Notes: generated by a model from the letters alone, not told the origin. A stretch of 64,000 bases of DNA from Candidatus Onthovivens sp. (GCA_048405595.1 DBFJOT010000056.1:8085-72084); one strand, 5' to 3'. Positions 21,911 through 32,546 are shown, numbered from the stretch's first letter. Numbers and translations: made by a program.

Positions 21911-22498
21911 TCAGTAATGAAAATAATTTTTAAGTTTAAAAATAACACTTTCAAAGCTTGCCTTAGTTTTTCCATAACTAAAACCTACAAGTTGAGAAAT
22001 CTCGTTTAGATTATAGCCTTTTGAGTAAAAGGCAATAATAATTCTGTCATTTAAAGTGAATTCTTCCTTATGGTTTGCCATGAATTCTATTACACTTTCA
22101 ACCGATTCTTCAACATAAATTCGATTGGTAGTTTTACTTTCATGAAGTGTTTCTTCAATCTCTTCATAAAAAGTTTTATTTCGATTAGAATTCGACAAAA
22201 AAGCAGAACGCTTATTCAAAATATAAAACTCAAAACGCTTACGTATAAACGATTCAAAATTCGTATACACGATTGAATTATGTTCAACAATAAACATGTA
22301 AACATCTTCGATACATTCATTAAGCATCTCTAAGAATTCAGCTCTATTAGAAGAGCCTTTCATTATCGAGTAATAAACAGGTTTAACTAATTGCTCTAGA
22401 TAATCGTAGAATCTTTTCGCAAAAGAAGAATCGCTTTTACATCTTTCGATAACTATTTTTAAGCTGATTACATCAAAAATGGAAAACTCAGTGTCCAT
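21911..22498 (-). CDS. Divergent sigma-70 family factor, SigH-like
   Basis: 195 aa. Region-2-like TNFESFIRKRFEFYILNKR (cf B. subtilis SigH TSFKAFAELCITRQII). Region-4 HTH FTLNDRIIIAFYSKGYNLNEISQLVGFSYGKTKASFESVIFKLKNY. Occupies the sigH slot between rlmB and rpmG. Confidence 0.6.
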   Translation of the reverse strand: MDTEFSIFDVISLKIVIERCKSDSSFAKRFYDYLEQLVKPVYYSIMKGSSNRAEFLEMLNECIEDVYMFIVEHNSIVYTNFESFIRKRFEFYILNKRSAFLSNSNRNKTFYEEIEETLHESKTTNRIYVEESVESVIEFMANHKEEFTLNDRIIIAFYSKGYNLNEISQLVGFSYGKTKASFESVIFKLKNYFHY

Positions 22499-22511
22499 AA
22501 ACCAAGTGGTA

Positions 22512-23219
22512 TTATTTACTTGGATTTCTCATGGCGTATAAGGCGATGCCGCATGCTACACTAGCATTTAAACAGTTGACTTTTCCTAACATAGGAATTT
22601 TTAAAATTAAGTCACAATTTTTGAGGACAAGTCTTGATATGCCAAAACCTTCAGACCCCGTAACTAAAAGTATTGGGGTATTGCGTGGAGCATCCGTCAA
22701 TTCTAAATCACTATTACCATCTAAACCAATAACCCGAAATCCATTTTCCTTGAATTTTCTAATAGTCTGGGATAGATTCGTTACTTCGGCACACTTAACA
22801 AAATTTGCTGCTCCAGTCGATATTTTAATGACAGTTTCATTTAAAGAAACTTGGCCGTGTTTTTTAAAAACCACACCACTAACATCAAAAGCATCACAAC
22901 TACGTAATATTGCACCGAGATTATGTGGATCATTTAATTCATCAAGCATAACAACTATTGGATTTTCTTTTTTCTTTGCAAAGTGAATTATTTCTTCTAC
23001 TCCAACAGTGTGAATTTCCTTGATTTCAGCACACGCACCTTGTGCTGATTTACATAATGCTTTAAGTTTCTCTTTAGTGACAAATTGAATCGGAACTTCC
23101 AACTCTTTAGCTTTGTTCAAAATTTCAATATTTTTATACCCGTCTAGTACATAAAGTTTAACAATTGTGCGTCCTTCAAGACTAGCTCTAATCGAGTTTG
23201 TATTTCCAATTATAGGCAT
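22512..23219 (-). CDS. rlmB: TrmH/SpoU-family 23S rRNA 2'-O-methyltransferase (RlmB/YacO-like)
   Basis: 235 aa with DPHNLGAILRS, GSEGFGIS and LNASVA SPOUT motifs. Synteny after cysS. Confidence 0.85.
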   Translation of the reverse strand: MPIIGNTNSIRASLEGRTIVKLYVLDGYKNIEILNKAKELEVPIQFVTKEKLKALCKSAQGACAEIKEIHTVGVEEIIHFAKKKENPIVVMLDELNDPHNLGAILRSCDAFDVSGVVFKKHGQVSLNETVIKISTGAANFVKCAEVTNLSQTIRKFKENGFRVIGLDGNSDLELTDAPRNTPILLVTGSEGFGISRLVLKNCDLILKIPMLGKVNCLNASVACGIALYAMRNPSK

Positions 23220-23279
23220 TTTTCTATTTCCTTTTCTAGCACTTTTTTTGCGCTTTTTTACTAATCAAAAACAATATTT

Positions 23280-24620
23280 TTACAAAATATTAATTGCTAT
23301 TAATTTTTTTCTAAGTTCATCGCTGAGTTCGTAATTTTTAGCTTTTTTAGCTTCTTCGTACTCTTTGTAAAGCTTAATTTCATCATCGTTAAACTTAACT
23401 GGCTTAAAACTAAGACCAAGAATGTAAGAAATGTCAGTTAATGCTGAAAAGTTTTCCACAATTTCGGAAAAGTTTTCCACATTTTGTCTTAACAAGGCGT
23501 TTGATTTTTTGATGATTTCAAGCATTTCAGTGATTCCGTTTCCAACATTTATATCACTTGATAATGCGTTAAGGAATCCTTCCATTTTTGGACTATTGTG
23601 ACTAATTTTGTCCATCAATCCGTTTATATTAATATATAGATTAAGTTGTTTGTAGCAAGATGAGAACTTTTGTAAGATAGAGCGATTATCTGCAAGGGTT
23701 TTATCACTAAAATTAATAATTGAACGATAAGGTGCGTTTAATAGTGTTAATCTGACAAGGTCAGAACCATACTCATTTATTGCGTCTTTTGCTAAAATAA
23801 CATTACCTAAAGATTTTGACATTTTTTCACCTTTAATGTTCATCATAGCGTTATGAATCCAATAATTTGCAAGGTGATTTTGGTGGGTCATTTCAGCTTG
23901 TGCAATTTCGTTTTCATGATGTGGAAATCTTAGATCCATTCCTCCACCATGAATGTCAATCATACCTTTAAAAATAGTATCAATCATGACGCAGCATTCT
24001 GTATGCCATCCTGGTCTACCTTCACACCAAGGAGACTTCCATTTAATACCTAAATTTGTATGTTTCCAAAGTAAGAAATCAAGTGGGTTTCTTTTCTTTG
24101 TGTTTTCTTCAACACGAGCTCCAGAAATTAAATTGTCGATTTCAATTTTTGATAATTCACCATATTTTGGATCTTTAGTAACATCAAAAAATACTTCGCC
24201 ATCAACTTCATAAGCTGCACCTACTTTAACTAAATTATCGATATAGTTAATAATAGAATCCATGTATTCAGTGACGCGAGGATTTGCATATTGAGGAGCA
24301 ACATTTAATTCTTCAAGACACTTTTTATATCTTTCTATATATCTTTCAGCGATTTCTTTTTCTGAGACTCCTTCTTCGTCAGCTTTTTTAATAATTTTGT
24401 CATCAACATCAGTAACGTTAGAAACATAAGTTACTTTATAGCCAATATATTCTAAGTATTTTCTAAAGGTATCGAAAAATACTACCGGTCTCATATTACC
24501 GATATGTGGATCATTGTAGACTGTTGGTCCACAAACATACATACTAACTTCGCCTTCTTTAATTGGCTTAAATTCCTCTATTTTATTTGTTAAGGTATTG
24601 TAAAATTTAATCTCTCTCAT
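23280..24620 (-). CDS. cysS: Cysteine--tRNA ligase
   Basis: 446 aa with CGPTVYNDPHIGN (HIGH) and KMSKSLGN motifs. Confidence 0.96.
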   Translation of the reverse strand: MREIKFYNTLTNKIEEFKPIKEGEVSMYVCGPTVYNDPHIGNMRPVVFFDTFRKYLEYIGYKVTYVSNVTDVDDKIIKKADEEGVSEKEIAERYIERYKKCLEELNVAPQYANPRVTEYMDSIINYIDNLVKVGAAYEVDGEVFFDVTKDPKYGELSKIEIDNLISGARVEENTKKRNPLDFLLWKHTNLGIKWKSPWCEGRPGWHTECCVMIDTIFKGMIDIHGGGMDLRFPHHENEIAQAEMTHQNHLANYWIHNAMMNIKGEKMSKSLGNVILAKDAINEYGSDLVRLTLLNAPYRSIINFSDKTLADNRSILQKFSSCYKQLNLYININGLMDKISHNSPKMEGFLNALSSDINVGNGITEMLEIIKKSNALLRQNVENFSEIVENFSALTDISYILGLSFKPVKFNDDEIKLYKEYEEAKKAKNYELSDELRKKLIAINIL

Positions 24621-24750
24621 AACTCACCTCATAGCGTTAAAATGATAACATAAACGACACATATATTATAATAAATAACATATTATTCCTTTTATTATCT
24701 TTTAGAAATAACGTTCAAGCCCATAAAACTATATTTTTATCTTTCTTTAA

Positions 24751-24758
24751 TGTATAAT
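24751..24758 (+). promoter_or_regulatory. Possible -10 element (TGTATAAT) for trpS
   Basis: TGTATAAT 27 nt upstream of the trpS ATG. No good -35 element. Confidence 0.3.
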
Positions 24759-24784
24759 AATCGAGATTTAGGAGGCTGACTTAA

Positions 24785-25783
24785 ATGGAAAAGAAAAGAG
24801 CATTAAGTGGTATTAAACCAACTGGAAATTTAACTTTAGGTAACTATATCGGAGCTTTAAGAGAATTTAAAAAGTTCCAAGATGATTATGAATCATTTGT
24901 TTTTATTGCTGACTTACACGCTTTGACTTTACCAATTGATCCTGCTTTTTTAAGAAGTAATACAAAAGATATCGTTGCTTTTTATATTGCAGCTGGTCTT
25001 GATCCTCAAAAAACAACAATCTTTTTACAAAGCGATGTTAGCGCTCATTCAGAATTAAATTCTATCCTTATTAATTATTTATACATGGGTGAACTTAGTA
25101 GAATGACTCAATTTAAAGAAAAATCACAAAAGTTAAACAATGAAGCAATTGGCGTTGGCCTTTTTGCTTACCCTGTTTTAATGGCTTCAGATATTCTATT
25201 ATATAACGCTGATATTGTTCCTGTAGGAGATGATCAAACTCAACACGTTGAATTAACTCGCACTGTTGTTCATAGATTTAATGAAAGATACCAAAAAGAA
25301 GTTTTCGTTATGCCAAAAGCTGTTAAACCTAGCGTTGGTGCACGAATCATGTCTTTAAGTGATCCAACAAGAAAAATGTCAAAGTCAGACCCTAAAGGAG
25401 ATATCTTCTTAAAAGACGATATCAACATAATCCGTAAAAAGATTATGTCAGCTGTTACTGATACAGGTCACGAAATCAAATATGATGTCGAAAATAAACC
25501 TGGTATCTCTAACTTGCTCACAATTTATGCAGCATTAAGTAATATCACCATCGAACAAGCAGAAAAGGAATTTGAAGGTCTTGAACAATATGGTACATTC
25601 AAAAAAATTGTTGCAGATAAAGTCGTTAGTGTCATTCAACCATTCCAAGAAAAATATAAAGAAATCTTAAAGAGTGGAATCATTGACCAAGTATTAGCTG
25701 AAGGAGCAAAAAGAGCAAATTACATTGCAAATAAAACACTCCGCAAAGTTAAGAAAACTGTAGGATTATACGTACATGATTAA
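24785..25783 (+). CDS. trpS: Tryptophan--tRNA ligase
   Basis: 332 aa with GIKPTGNLTLGNYIGA and KMSKS motifs. SD aggagg. Confidence 0.96.
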   Translation: MEKKRALSGIKPTGNLTLGNYIGALREFKKFQDDYESFVFIADLHALTLPIDPAFLRSNTKDIVAFYIAAGLDPQKTTIFLQSDVSAHSELNSILINYLYMGELSRMTQFKEKSQKLNNEAIGVGLFAYPVLMASDILLYNADIVPVGDDQTQHVELTRTVVHRFNERYQKEVFVMPKAVKPSVGARIMSLSDPTRKMSKSDPKGDIFLKDDINIIRKKIMSAVTDTGHEIKYDVENKPGISNLLTIYAALSNITIEQAEKEFEGLEQYGTFKKIVADKVVSVIQPFQEKYKEILKSGIIDQVLAEGAKRANYIANKTLRKVKKTVGLYVHD

Positions 25784-26615
25784 TGTAAATGAAAGATATT
25801 TAATAGCAATTGATTTAGATGGAACGTTATTAAATGATGAAAAAACCATCTCCCCTTTAACAATTGAAGTTTTACAAACTCTTGAAAAACATGGTTGCTT
25901 CATAGTTTTATGCACAGGAAGAGCTTTAAGAGGTGTCGAATATTATCATGATAAAGTTTTAAAATTAAAACATTCACCGGTTATTTGTTATAACGGACAC
26001 ATGGCAACTAACCCTCACGACAAATCTTTTAAAACTATTACCCACTTAATTGATAAAGAAATCATCAAAGGCATTTATAAAGAACTCGTCGACAAAGATT
26101 TAATTAATAATGCCATGAGTGAAAACTTATCAACGATTTATGTCGATAAACACGACGATTTCCTCTTCGAATTTTATGATAAATCAGGCATGAAAGTCGT
26201 TGATGGTCCATTAAATGAAACTCTCGATCAAGATGTATTCACTTGCGTTATCAATTTTGGTGAAAAAACAGATAGTGAAATCGCTAATAAAATTTCAGCT
26301 GTTGTTGATGCTTACCAAGATACTGAAGTTCGTTTCTGGTATGGTGGAGATTATTGTGAACTTTATGGAACTGACATCTCAAAATCAAAAGCTATTCAAG
26401 AAGTCGCTTCATTCTATTCAATCGATAAAAACCACGTAATTGTTTTCGGAGATAGTGATAACGATGTTGAAATGTTAAGAGATTTCAAACATAGTTATGT
26501 AATGAGAAACGGAAATCCTTCTTTATTTGGAATCGCTCATAATATCACTGACTTCACAAACAACGATGATGGTGTTGCAAAAGAACTTATCAAACTTTTC
26601 AACATTCGCATCTAA
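25776..26615 (+). CDS. Cof-type HAD-IIB sugar phosphatase
   Basis: 279 aa with IAIDLDGTLLND motif I and GDSDNDVEM motif IV. Overlaps the trpS stop. Confidence 0.85.
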   Translation: MINVNERYLIAIDLDGTLLNDEKTISPLTIEVLQTLEKHGCFIVLCTGRALRGVEYYHDKVLKLKHSPVICYNGHMATNPHDKSFKTITHLIDKEIIKGIYKELVDKDLINNAMSENLSTIYVDKHDDFLFEFYDKSGMKVVDGPLNETLDQDVFTCVINFGEKTDSEIANKISAVVDAYQDTEVRFWYGGDYCELYGTDISKSKAIQEVASFYSIDKNHVIVFGDSDNDVEMLRDFKHSYVMRNGNPSLFGIAHNITDFTNNDDGVAKELIKLFNIRI

Positions 26616-26640
26616 GTATATTTATCACCCCCTTTAAAAT

Positions 26641-26697
26641 AAAAAGCACGTAATTGTTGCCTTTCACTAACACAACAATTTAAGACGTGCTTTTTTT
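26641..26697. terminator. Bidirectional terminator between convergent genes
   Basis: Long hairpin (agcacgt/acgtgct plus aattgttg/caacaatt) flanked by A5 and T7. Confidence 0.65.
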
Positions 26698-26743
26698 CAA
26701 TTTTTCTTTTTTAAATGTACGCGTTCACTTTTAAATTATTTAG

Positions 26744-28438
26744 TTAAAAGTTTTTATCATCAAATGAATCGAGTATTTTAATTTGTGGTTTGATAATTTT
26801 TTTGACATTACCTTGAACGAATGGATTTAATAATTTATCTTTTTCAATTAATGTCAAGAAAGGATATTTTCCACCCATTTTTAAGAGTTTAATGTACTTT
26901 TTCCAAGCTTTTGCAGGGTTTTTCTCCATCTCGTTTTTAAATTCAAGTGCTAAAACTTGAGCTAAGGTGTAATCGATATAGTAGAATGGGACGCCAAAGA
27001 TATGAGATTGTTTGATCCAGAAATGACCATTTTCTAAGAATTCAAATCCGTCAAAGTCTAACCATGGACGATATTTTTTATCTAATTCTTTCCATTTTTC
27101 ACATCTTTCTTTATGAGTTAAATTTGGATTTTCATAAACAAAATGTTGGAATTCATCAACTTCAACTCCATAAGGTAAGAAAGAAATTGCACTATCTAAA
27201 TGTGAGAAACGATATTTATTAGCTTCATCTTTAAAGAATAATTCCATATATGGCCAAGCGAAGAATTCCATAGACATTGAATCAATTTCACAAGCTTCTA
27301 AAGTTGGCATTCTAAAGTCTGGGACTTTAATATTTGAACCTAAATAAGCTTGGAAAGCGTGGCCAACTTCATGAGTTAAAGTGTCAACATCTCCACTTGT
27401 TCCATTACTATTTGAGAAAATAAATGGTGATTTATAACGTGGCATATAAGTCATATATCCGCCACCTTGTTTACCTGGTTTAGCATCTAAATCAAGTAAG
27501 TTATTTGTAACCATGAAATCAAAGAATTTGCCTGATTCTTCACTCATGTCGTGATACATTTTTGTAGCGCATTCAACTAAATAAGGAGTGTTACCTTTTG
27601 GTGTAGCATTTCCACTATTATAATCTAAACTGTAATCATAGAATTTAGGATTTTTGATTCCGATTCTTGATGCTTGTCTTTGTCTTAATTTTTTTACAAC
27701 TGGTACGACATCTTGATAAATTTGATCACGATATCCTTTAACCATTTCAGCGTTATAATCTACTCTTCCAAGTTTTAAATAACCTAACTCAATATAATTT
27801 TTAAAGCCTAATTTAATAGCCATATCGTTTCTAAGTTTGACAAGTTTTGAATAAATTTCACCAACCTTTTCATCGATAGATTCTAAGAAACCATAATATA
27901 ATTTACTCGATTCTATCCTTACTTTTTGATCTTTATCACTTAAAAATTTAGCAATTTGACTAAGGTTATAAACTTCTCCTTTATAAGGAATTTTAGCGCT
28001 AGCCATTAATGTATCATATTCATTTACAAGTTTTGCTTCTTCTTGAAGTTCATTAATTATTGATTCATCAAAGCACTTAAATCCATCTTCGATACGTTTA
28101 AAATAATAAGGAGAAAGAATTTCTTCTAACTCATTTCTGAATTTATTATTAACTAATGCTTTATTAAATTTTTGGACATATGATTCAATAATCGGAGCAA
28201 CTTCACATACTTCTTCATATGCTTTTTGATACGTTTCATCTCTTGTATCAACACTATTTCTAATAGAAATAATTGTTGTGTCAGTTTCAAAATCGTCTAA
28301 TAATTTGAAATATTTTTTAACTACTTTTAACGCTTCTTTAACAGATGAAGTTTCATTTAAAAGTTCTGTTAATTCTTCTAACTTCTTCTCGATTTTTTTA
28401 GCGCTAGGCACTCTTAAAGGCATTTCTTCAAATTTCAT
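26744..28438 (-). CDS. pepF: Oligoendopeptidase F family (M3B)
   Basis: 564 aa with the HEVGHAF zinc motif. Confidence 0.85.
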   Translation of the reverse strand: MKFEEMPLRVPSAKKIEKKLEELTELLNETSSVKEALKVVKKYFKLLDDFETDTTIISIRNSVDTRDETYQKAYEEVCEVAPIIESYVQKFNKALVNNKFRNELEEILSPYYFKRIEDGFKCFDESIINELQEEAKLVNEYDTLMASAKIPYKGEVYNLSQIAKFLSDKDQKVRIESSKLYYGFLESIDEKVGEIYSKLVKLRNDMAIKLGFKNYIELGYLKLGRVDYNAEMVKGYRDQIYQDVVPVVKKLRQRQASRIGIKNPKFYDYSLDYNSGNATPKGNTPYLVECATKMYHDMSEESGKFFDFMVTNNLLDLDAKPGKQGGGYMTYMPRYKSPFIFSNSNGTSGDVDTLTHEVGHAFQAYLGSNIKVPDFRMPTLEACEIDSMSMEFFAWPYMELFFKDEANKYRFSHLDSAISFLPYGVEVDEFQHFVYENPNLTHKERCEKWKELDKKYRPWLDFDGFEFLENGHFWIKQSHIFGVPFYYIDYTLAQVLALEFKNEMEKNPAKAWKKYIKLLKMGGKYPFLTLIEKDKLLNPFVQGNVKKIIKPQIKILDSFDDKNF

Positions 28439-28446
28439 AATAACTC

Positions 28447-29004
28447 CTATTTAATCGGATCGATTTCTTTTATAAAAAGAATGTTTTTAATCCGTTTTGT
28501 ACTAAATAAATTTCTCCAATAATTAAAACCAATTACATTTGTGTTATAAAGTTGGATCGCTTCTAAAAATTTAACATTAAGTTCTTCGATATTATCTAAA
28601 ATTTCTTTTCCATAAGAAAAATTTTGATCATCACTTTCGTTAATAAAAATCTTTTTTGCATATGTCACCATCGAATCGCAATAAGAAGAAAACTCTTCAA
28701 ACTCATTTGGCATTAACTCATTAAATTTTTGAAATTCTTCATTATTAGAAAATCTAAGTAATGGTGAATTTGGTTTAATTTTATCTTTATATAACGAAAC
28801 AAATTTCATTAATGAATCATATTTTTGAAACAAGATAACATTAATTTTTTCTCTTCCTTGTCTAATTTTGTTCTTAAAAATTTTCATAAAAACAAAGGAC
28901 AAAACGACTAGTGTGATATATAAAATCGCAACCATCAACAAGATAACAATGATCGTTGCAAGTATCGCTCCATAGTCAACACTAACCAAAATCTTTAGAA
29001 ACAT
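28447..29004 (-). CDS. LemA-family membrane protein
   Basis: 185 aa. N-terminal TM helix and a C-terminal LYNTNVIGFNYWRN block resembling the LemA YN..V..YN motif. Confidence 0.55.
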   Translation of the reverse strand: MFLKILVSVDYGAILATIIVILLMVAILYITLVVLSFVFMKIFKNKIRQGREKINVILFQKYDSLMKFVSLYKDKIKPNSPLLRFSNNEEFQKFNELMPNEFEEFSSYCDSMVTYAKKIFINESDDQNFSYGKEILDNIEELNVKFLEAIQLYNTNVIGFNYWRNLFSTKRIKNILFIKEIDPIK

Positions 29005-29073
29005 AACGATAATTTAGCACGTTTTTTGACTAAAATCTACTTTTTTGCTAGTATAAGGAAAGGAGAAAAATAT

Positions 29074-29907
29074 ATGGCAAAACCTATTATAGCTTTAATG
29101 TATGATTTCGATAGAACTTTGGCTTTAGCTGATATGCAAAATTTTTCATTTATCCCTGCGTTAGGATATACTCCAGAAGAGTTCTGGGCAAAGACTGAAG
29201 AGTTCTGTAAAAAATATGACATGGATAAAATTCTTGGTTACCTTTATATGATGATTAAAGAATCAAAAGAAAAAGGAATTAAACTCACAAAAGAATTTAT
29301 GCATGATTGTGGTAAAGCAATTAAATTTTATAACGGAGTAACTACTTGGTTCTCTAGAATTAATGAATATGCAAAATCTAAAGGTCTAATTTGTGAACAT
29401 TATTTAATCACAAGCGGTAATAAAGAGATCGTTGAAGGTTGTCCAATTTTTAAAGAGTTCAAACAAGTTTTCGGATGCGAATATTTATTTGATAATAGTG
29501 GTGAAGCTTATTGGCCACGCACAACTGTCAACTACACTTTAAAAACACAATACATTTTTAGAATTTCTAAAGGTGCTATTTCTTCTAATGATGATGCCGA
29601 AGTAAATGCTAAAACTTCAAAACGTAGAATCATCTATCAAAACATGATTTATTATGGCGACGGAATGACCGATGTTCCTTGCATGATTTTAGTTAAGCAA
29701 AATGGCGGAAATAGTATTGCCGTTTATCCAAAAGAAAAAATCGATAGAGTTGCTTCTTTATTCGAAGATGGTAGAGTTAATTATATTTGTAAATCAGATT
29801 ATTCTTCAGGTTCAGAACTTGAAAAAGTTACAAAGCTCATCATCGATAGTATCGCTATTAGAGAAGTTTTAAATACCAAAAAAGAAAAAACCGAAAAAAT
29901 ATTATGA
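29074..29907 (+). CDS. HAD-superfamily hydrolase
   Basis: 277 aa from MAKPIIALMYDFDRTL (DxD motif I), with GDGMTDVP motif IV. Strong SD aggaga. The TTG at 29026 was rejected. Confidence 0.75.
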   Translation: MAKPIIALMYDFDRTLALADMQNFSFIPALGYTPEEFWAKTEEFCKKYDMDKILGYLYMMIKESKEKGIKLTKEFMHDCGKAIKFYNGVTTWFSRINEYAKSKGLICEHYLITSGNKEIVEGCPIFKEFKQVFGCEYLFDNSGEAYWPRTTVNYTLKTQYIFRISKGAISSNDDAEVNAKTSKRRIIYQNMIYYGDGMTDVPCMILVKQNGGNSIAVYPKEKIDRVASLFEDGRVNYICKSDYSSGSELEKVTKLIIDSIAIREVLNTKKEKTEKIL

Positions 29908-30596
29908 TAAATGTTGCGTTAATGTTAGCTGGTAAAGGTACCAGAATGAATTTAGATATTCCTAAACAATTCATTGAAGTTAACAAAAAAGAAATTTTTG
30001 AATATGCATTAAGCACTTTCGATAATAATCCTTCGATAGATAAAATCTTCCTTGTTATTAATAAGGAAGATTTTATTCATGTAAAGACTATTATTGAAAG
30101 AAATACATATAAACATCCTATTGAATTTGTCTTTGGTGGAGCTTCACGTCAAGAAAGTGTCTTTAACGCACTTAGTCGCATGAGCGAATTAGGTGTAAAT
30201 TTAGGCGATAAAGTTCTCATTCATGATGCTTGTAGACCACTATTAACTGACAAATTAATTAATAAAATAATACAAACTTTAAAGTCTGAAGTAGCTTGTG
30301 TACCAGCATTAAAAATGACTGATTCTATATGCCTTTCAAATAACGCCGATTACATCGATAAAAATGAGGACAGAAGTAAATTTTTTGCACTCCAAACACC
30401 TCAAGGTTTTGACTTTAACTTTATTTTTAAAGCGCATTGTAATGCTAGAAATTCAGAATTAAACTATTTTACAGATGATACTTCACTTGTTATAATAAAT
30501 GGCGGTGAAGTTAAACTTATCGAAGGAGAAAAATTTAACTTTAAGATCACGACATTTGACGATTTATTTATGTTTAAAAATTTAGTCAGAGGTTAA
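29904..30596 (+). CDS. ispD: 2-C-methyl-D-erythritol 4-phosphate cytidylyltransferase (IspD/TarI family)
   Basis: 230 aa with LAGKGTRM, PKQF and HDACRP blocks. ispF is also in the window. A TarI-type activity cannot be excluded. Confidence 0.75.
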   Translation: MINVALMLAGKGTRMNLDIPKQFIEVNKKEIFEYALSTFDNNPSIDKIFLVINKEDFIHVKTIIERNTYKHPIEFVFGGASRQESVFNALSRMSELGVNLGDKVLIHDACRPLLTDKLINKIIQTLKSEVACVPALKMTDSICLSNNADYIDKNEDRSKFFALQTPQGFDFNFIFKAHCNARNSELNYFTDDTSLVIINGGEVKLIEGEKFNFKITTFDDLFMFKNLVRG

Positions 30597-30597
30597 T

Positions 30598-30987
30598 ATG
30601 TACCAATCAATAATTTACAAAGACGGAGACATCACTAAAGGCATCGTCACCAGTATTAAAAAATATGGTGCTTTTTTGTCATTCGAAGGTGGTTACATTG
30701 GCTTATTACATATTAGTGAAATTTCAACTAATTTCGTTAATAACATCCATACTTTCTTTAAAATCGGTGACACTATTACAGTCTTGGTAAAATCAATTGA
30801 TAAAGATACTAAATTCTTAAAAGTTTCTATCAAAGATTTACCAGATGATCTTAATGAATATAGAAAAATTTTACCTTCAAAAAAAGTAACCTCGTATATA
30901 AAGGATATCGATTTTACAAAATTAGAAAAATCGCTTCCTAAAATGATAGAAGATGAATTAGAGAGGGAAAGTAAATATGGAATTTAA
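30598..30987 (+). CDS. S1 RNA-binding domain protein
   Basis: 129 aa with the S1 fold signature GIVTSIKKYGAFLSFEGGYIGLLHISEIS. Confidence 0.8.
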   Translation: MYQSIIYKDGDITKGIVTSIKKYGAFLSFEGGYIGLLHISEISTNFVNNIHTFFKIGDTITVLVKSIDKDTKFLKVSIKDLPDDLNEYRKILPSKKVTSYIKDIDFTKLEKSLPKMIEDELERESKYGI

Positions 30988-32266
30988 TTTAAATTTCAAT
31001 TACATTCAAAAAGACAGAAGATTCAAGGTTGAATATTACCGCGAATTGGTCAAGATGTATGACAAAATGTTAGTTGAAGGAACCGGTGAAGGACACGAAT
31101 ATCTCGGTTGGTTACACTATGCATCAACAATTGATCCAAAATTAGTTGATGAGATGATTGCAAAAGCAAATGAATTCCGCGATAACTTCGATACACTTGT
31201 CGTTTGTGGTATTGGTGGAAGTTATTTAGGATCTAGAGCTGTTATCGAAGCTATTAATGGTTTATATAGCGAAGATAAAATGGAAATTGTTTATTTAGGC
31301 CAAACTTTAGATAGCAATTACACTGCTCAAACATTAAAGCACTTAGAAAATAAAAATTACTGTGTTTGTGTTTTTTCAAAATCAGGAACAACAACAGAAA
31401 CAAGTATCGCTTTTAGAATTTTAAAAGAAAAATTAGAAAAGAAACTTGGTAAAGAAGGTGCTAGAAAAGCAATTGTCGCCGTTACAGATAAAGAAAAAGG
31501 TGCTTTAAGACAATTATCAGATCAAGAAGGATACACAACATTTGAATTACCAGGAGATATCGGGGGAAGATATTCAGTTATTTCACCTGTTGGATTATTC
31601 CCAATGGCAGTTGCTGGCATTGATATTAAATCATTTATCAAAGGTTTTGTTGAAGGTGAAAAGTTATTCAGCAGCAATAACGTTGAAGAAAACCCAGCTT
31701 ATCAATATGCTTGCCAAAAGAATGTTTTATATAGTTTAGGTTATAAAGTTGAATTTGCAGTTTGCTATGAACCACGTTTAGCAATGTTAAACGAATGGGC
31801 AAAACAATTATTTGATGAATCAAACGGTAAAGAAGATAAAGGTTTATTAATTATGAGCTCAATCTTCACTACCGATCTCCATTCAATTGGACAATTCATT
31901 CAAGAAGGTAGCAAAATTTTATTCGAAACTGTCTTAACATTTAAAAACCCTAACTACGATTTAGAAATTCCTTACGACGAAGAAAACCTCGATGGAATGA
32001 ACTATATTGCAGGAAAGAAATTATCTTATGTTTGTGAAAAAGCTCACGAAGGTACTACTGCAGCTCACGCTTTCACAGGCAACGTTCCAAACATTTCAAT
32101 TGAAATCGATAAACTCACTCCAGAAAGTTTAGGAGCTTATATGTATTTCTGTATGAAGGCTTGTGCAATGGGTGGATATTTACTCGGAATCAATCCATTT
32201 AACCAACCAGGTGTTGAAGTCTACAAGAAAAACATGTTCCACTTACTTGGCAAAAAAGGTTATTAA
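30977..32266 (+). CDS. pgi: Glucose-6-phosphate isomerase
   Basis: 429 aa with CGIGGSYLG, SKSGTTTET and GGRYS motifs. Confidence 0.95.
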   Translation: MEFNLNFNYIQKDRRFKVEYYRELVKMYDKMLVEGTGEGHEYLGWLHYASTIDPKLVDEMIAKANEFRDNFDTLVVCGIGGSYLGSRAVIEAINGLYSEDKMEIVYLGQTLDSNYTAQTLKHLENKNYCVCVFSKSGTTTETSIAFRILKEKLEKKLGKEGARKAIVAVTDKEKGALRQLSDQEGYTTFELPGDIGGRYSVISPVGLFPMAVAGIDIKSFIKGFVEGEKLFSSNNVEENPAYQYACQKNVLYSLGYKVEFAVCYEPRLAMLNEWAKQLFDESNGKEDKGLLIMSSIFTTDLHSIGQFIQEGSKILFETVLTFKNPNYDLEIPYDEENLDGMNYIAGKKLSYVCEKAHEGTTAAHAFTGNVPNISIEIDKLTPESLGAYMYFCMKACAMGGYLLGINPFNQPGVEVYKKNMFHLLGKKGY

Positions 32267-32289
32267 TAAAATTTAAATTTTAAATCAAT

Positions 32290-32345
32290 GTACCGTTTAG
32301 GTTTATGATAAAAATAAATTCCATAAACTTAATGGTACTTTTTTT
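32290..32345 (+). terminator. pgi terminator
   Basis: Long imperfect hairpin (gtacc...aggtttatg / cataaactt...ggtac) followed by T7. Confidence 0.55.
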
Positions 32346-32546
32346 CTTAGTTAGAACGCTTGTCTTCATAAAATAAATGCATTTATGCAAGGTTTTTGCT
32401 AGGACATCGCTACTTATTGGTGATTTTTAATATAGATTTAGTTAATGCTTTATTTATTTTTTTGATCTTATAAAACATCTTTTTCTATCTTTATTTATAT
32501 ATAGGTTTGCATCTTTAAAAAAATTAAAAATATTTTTAAAAACCTA

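Noticed and set aside
24621-24784. Possible T-box leaders for the divergent cysS and trpS genes.
   Set aside because: The shared spacer is only 164 nt. There is no T-box sequence (AGGGTGGNACCGCG-like) and no long specifier, terminator or antiterminator helices, so it is too short for even one T-box.
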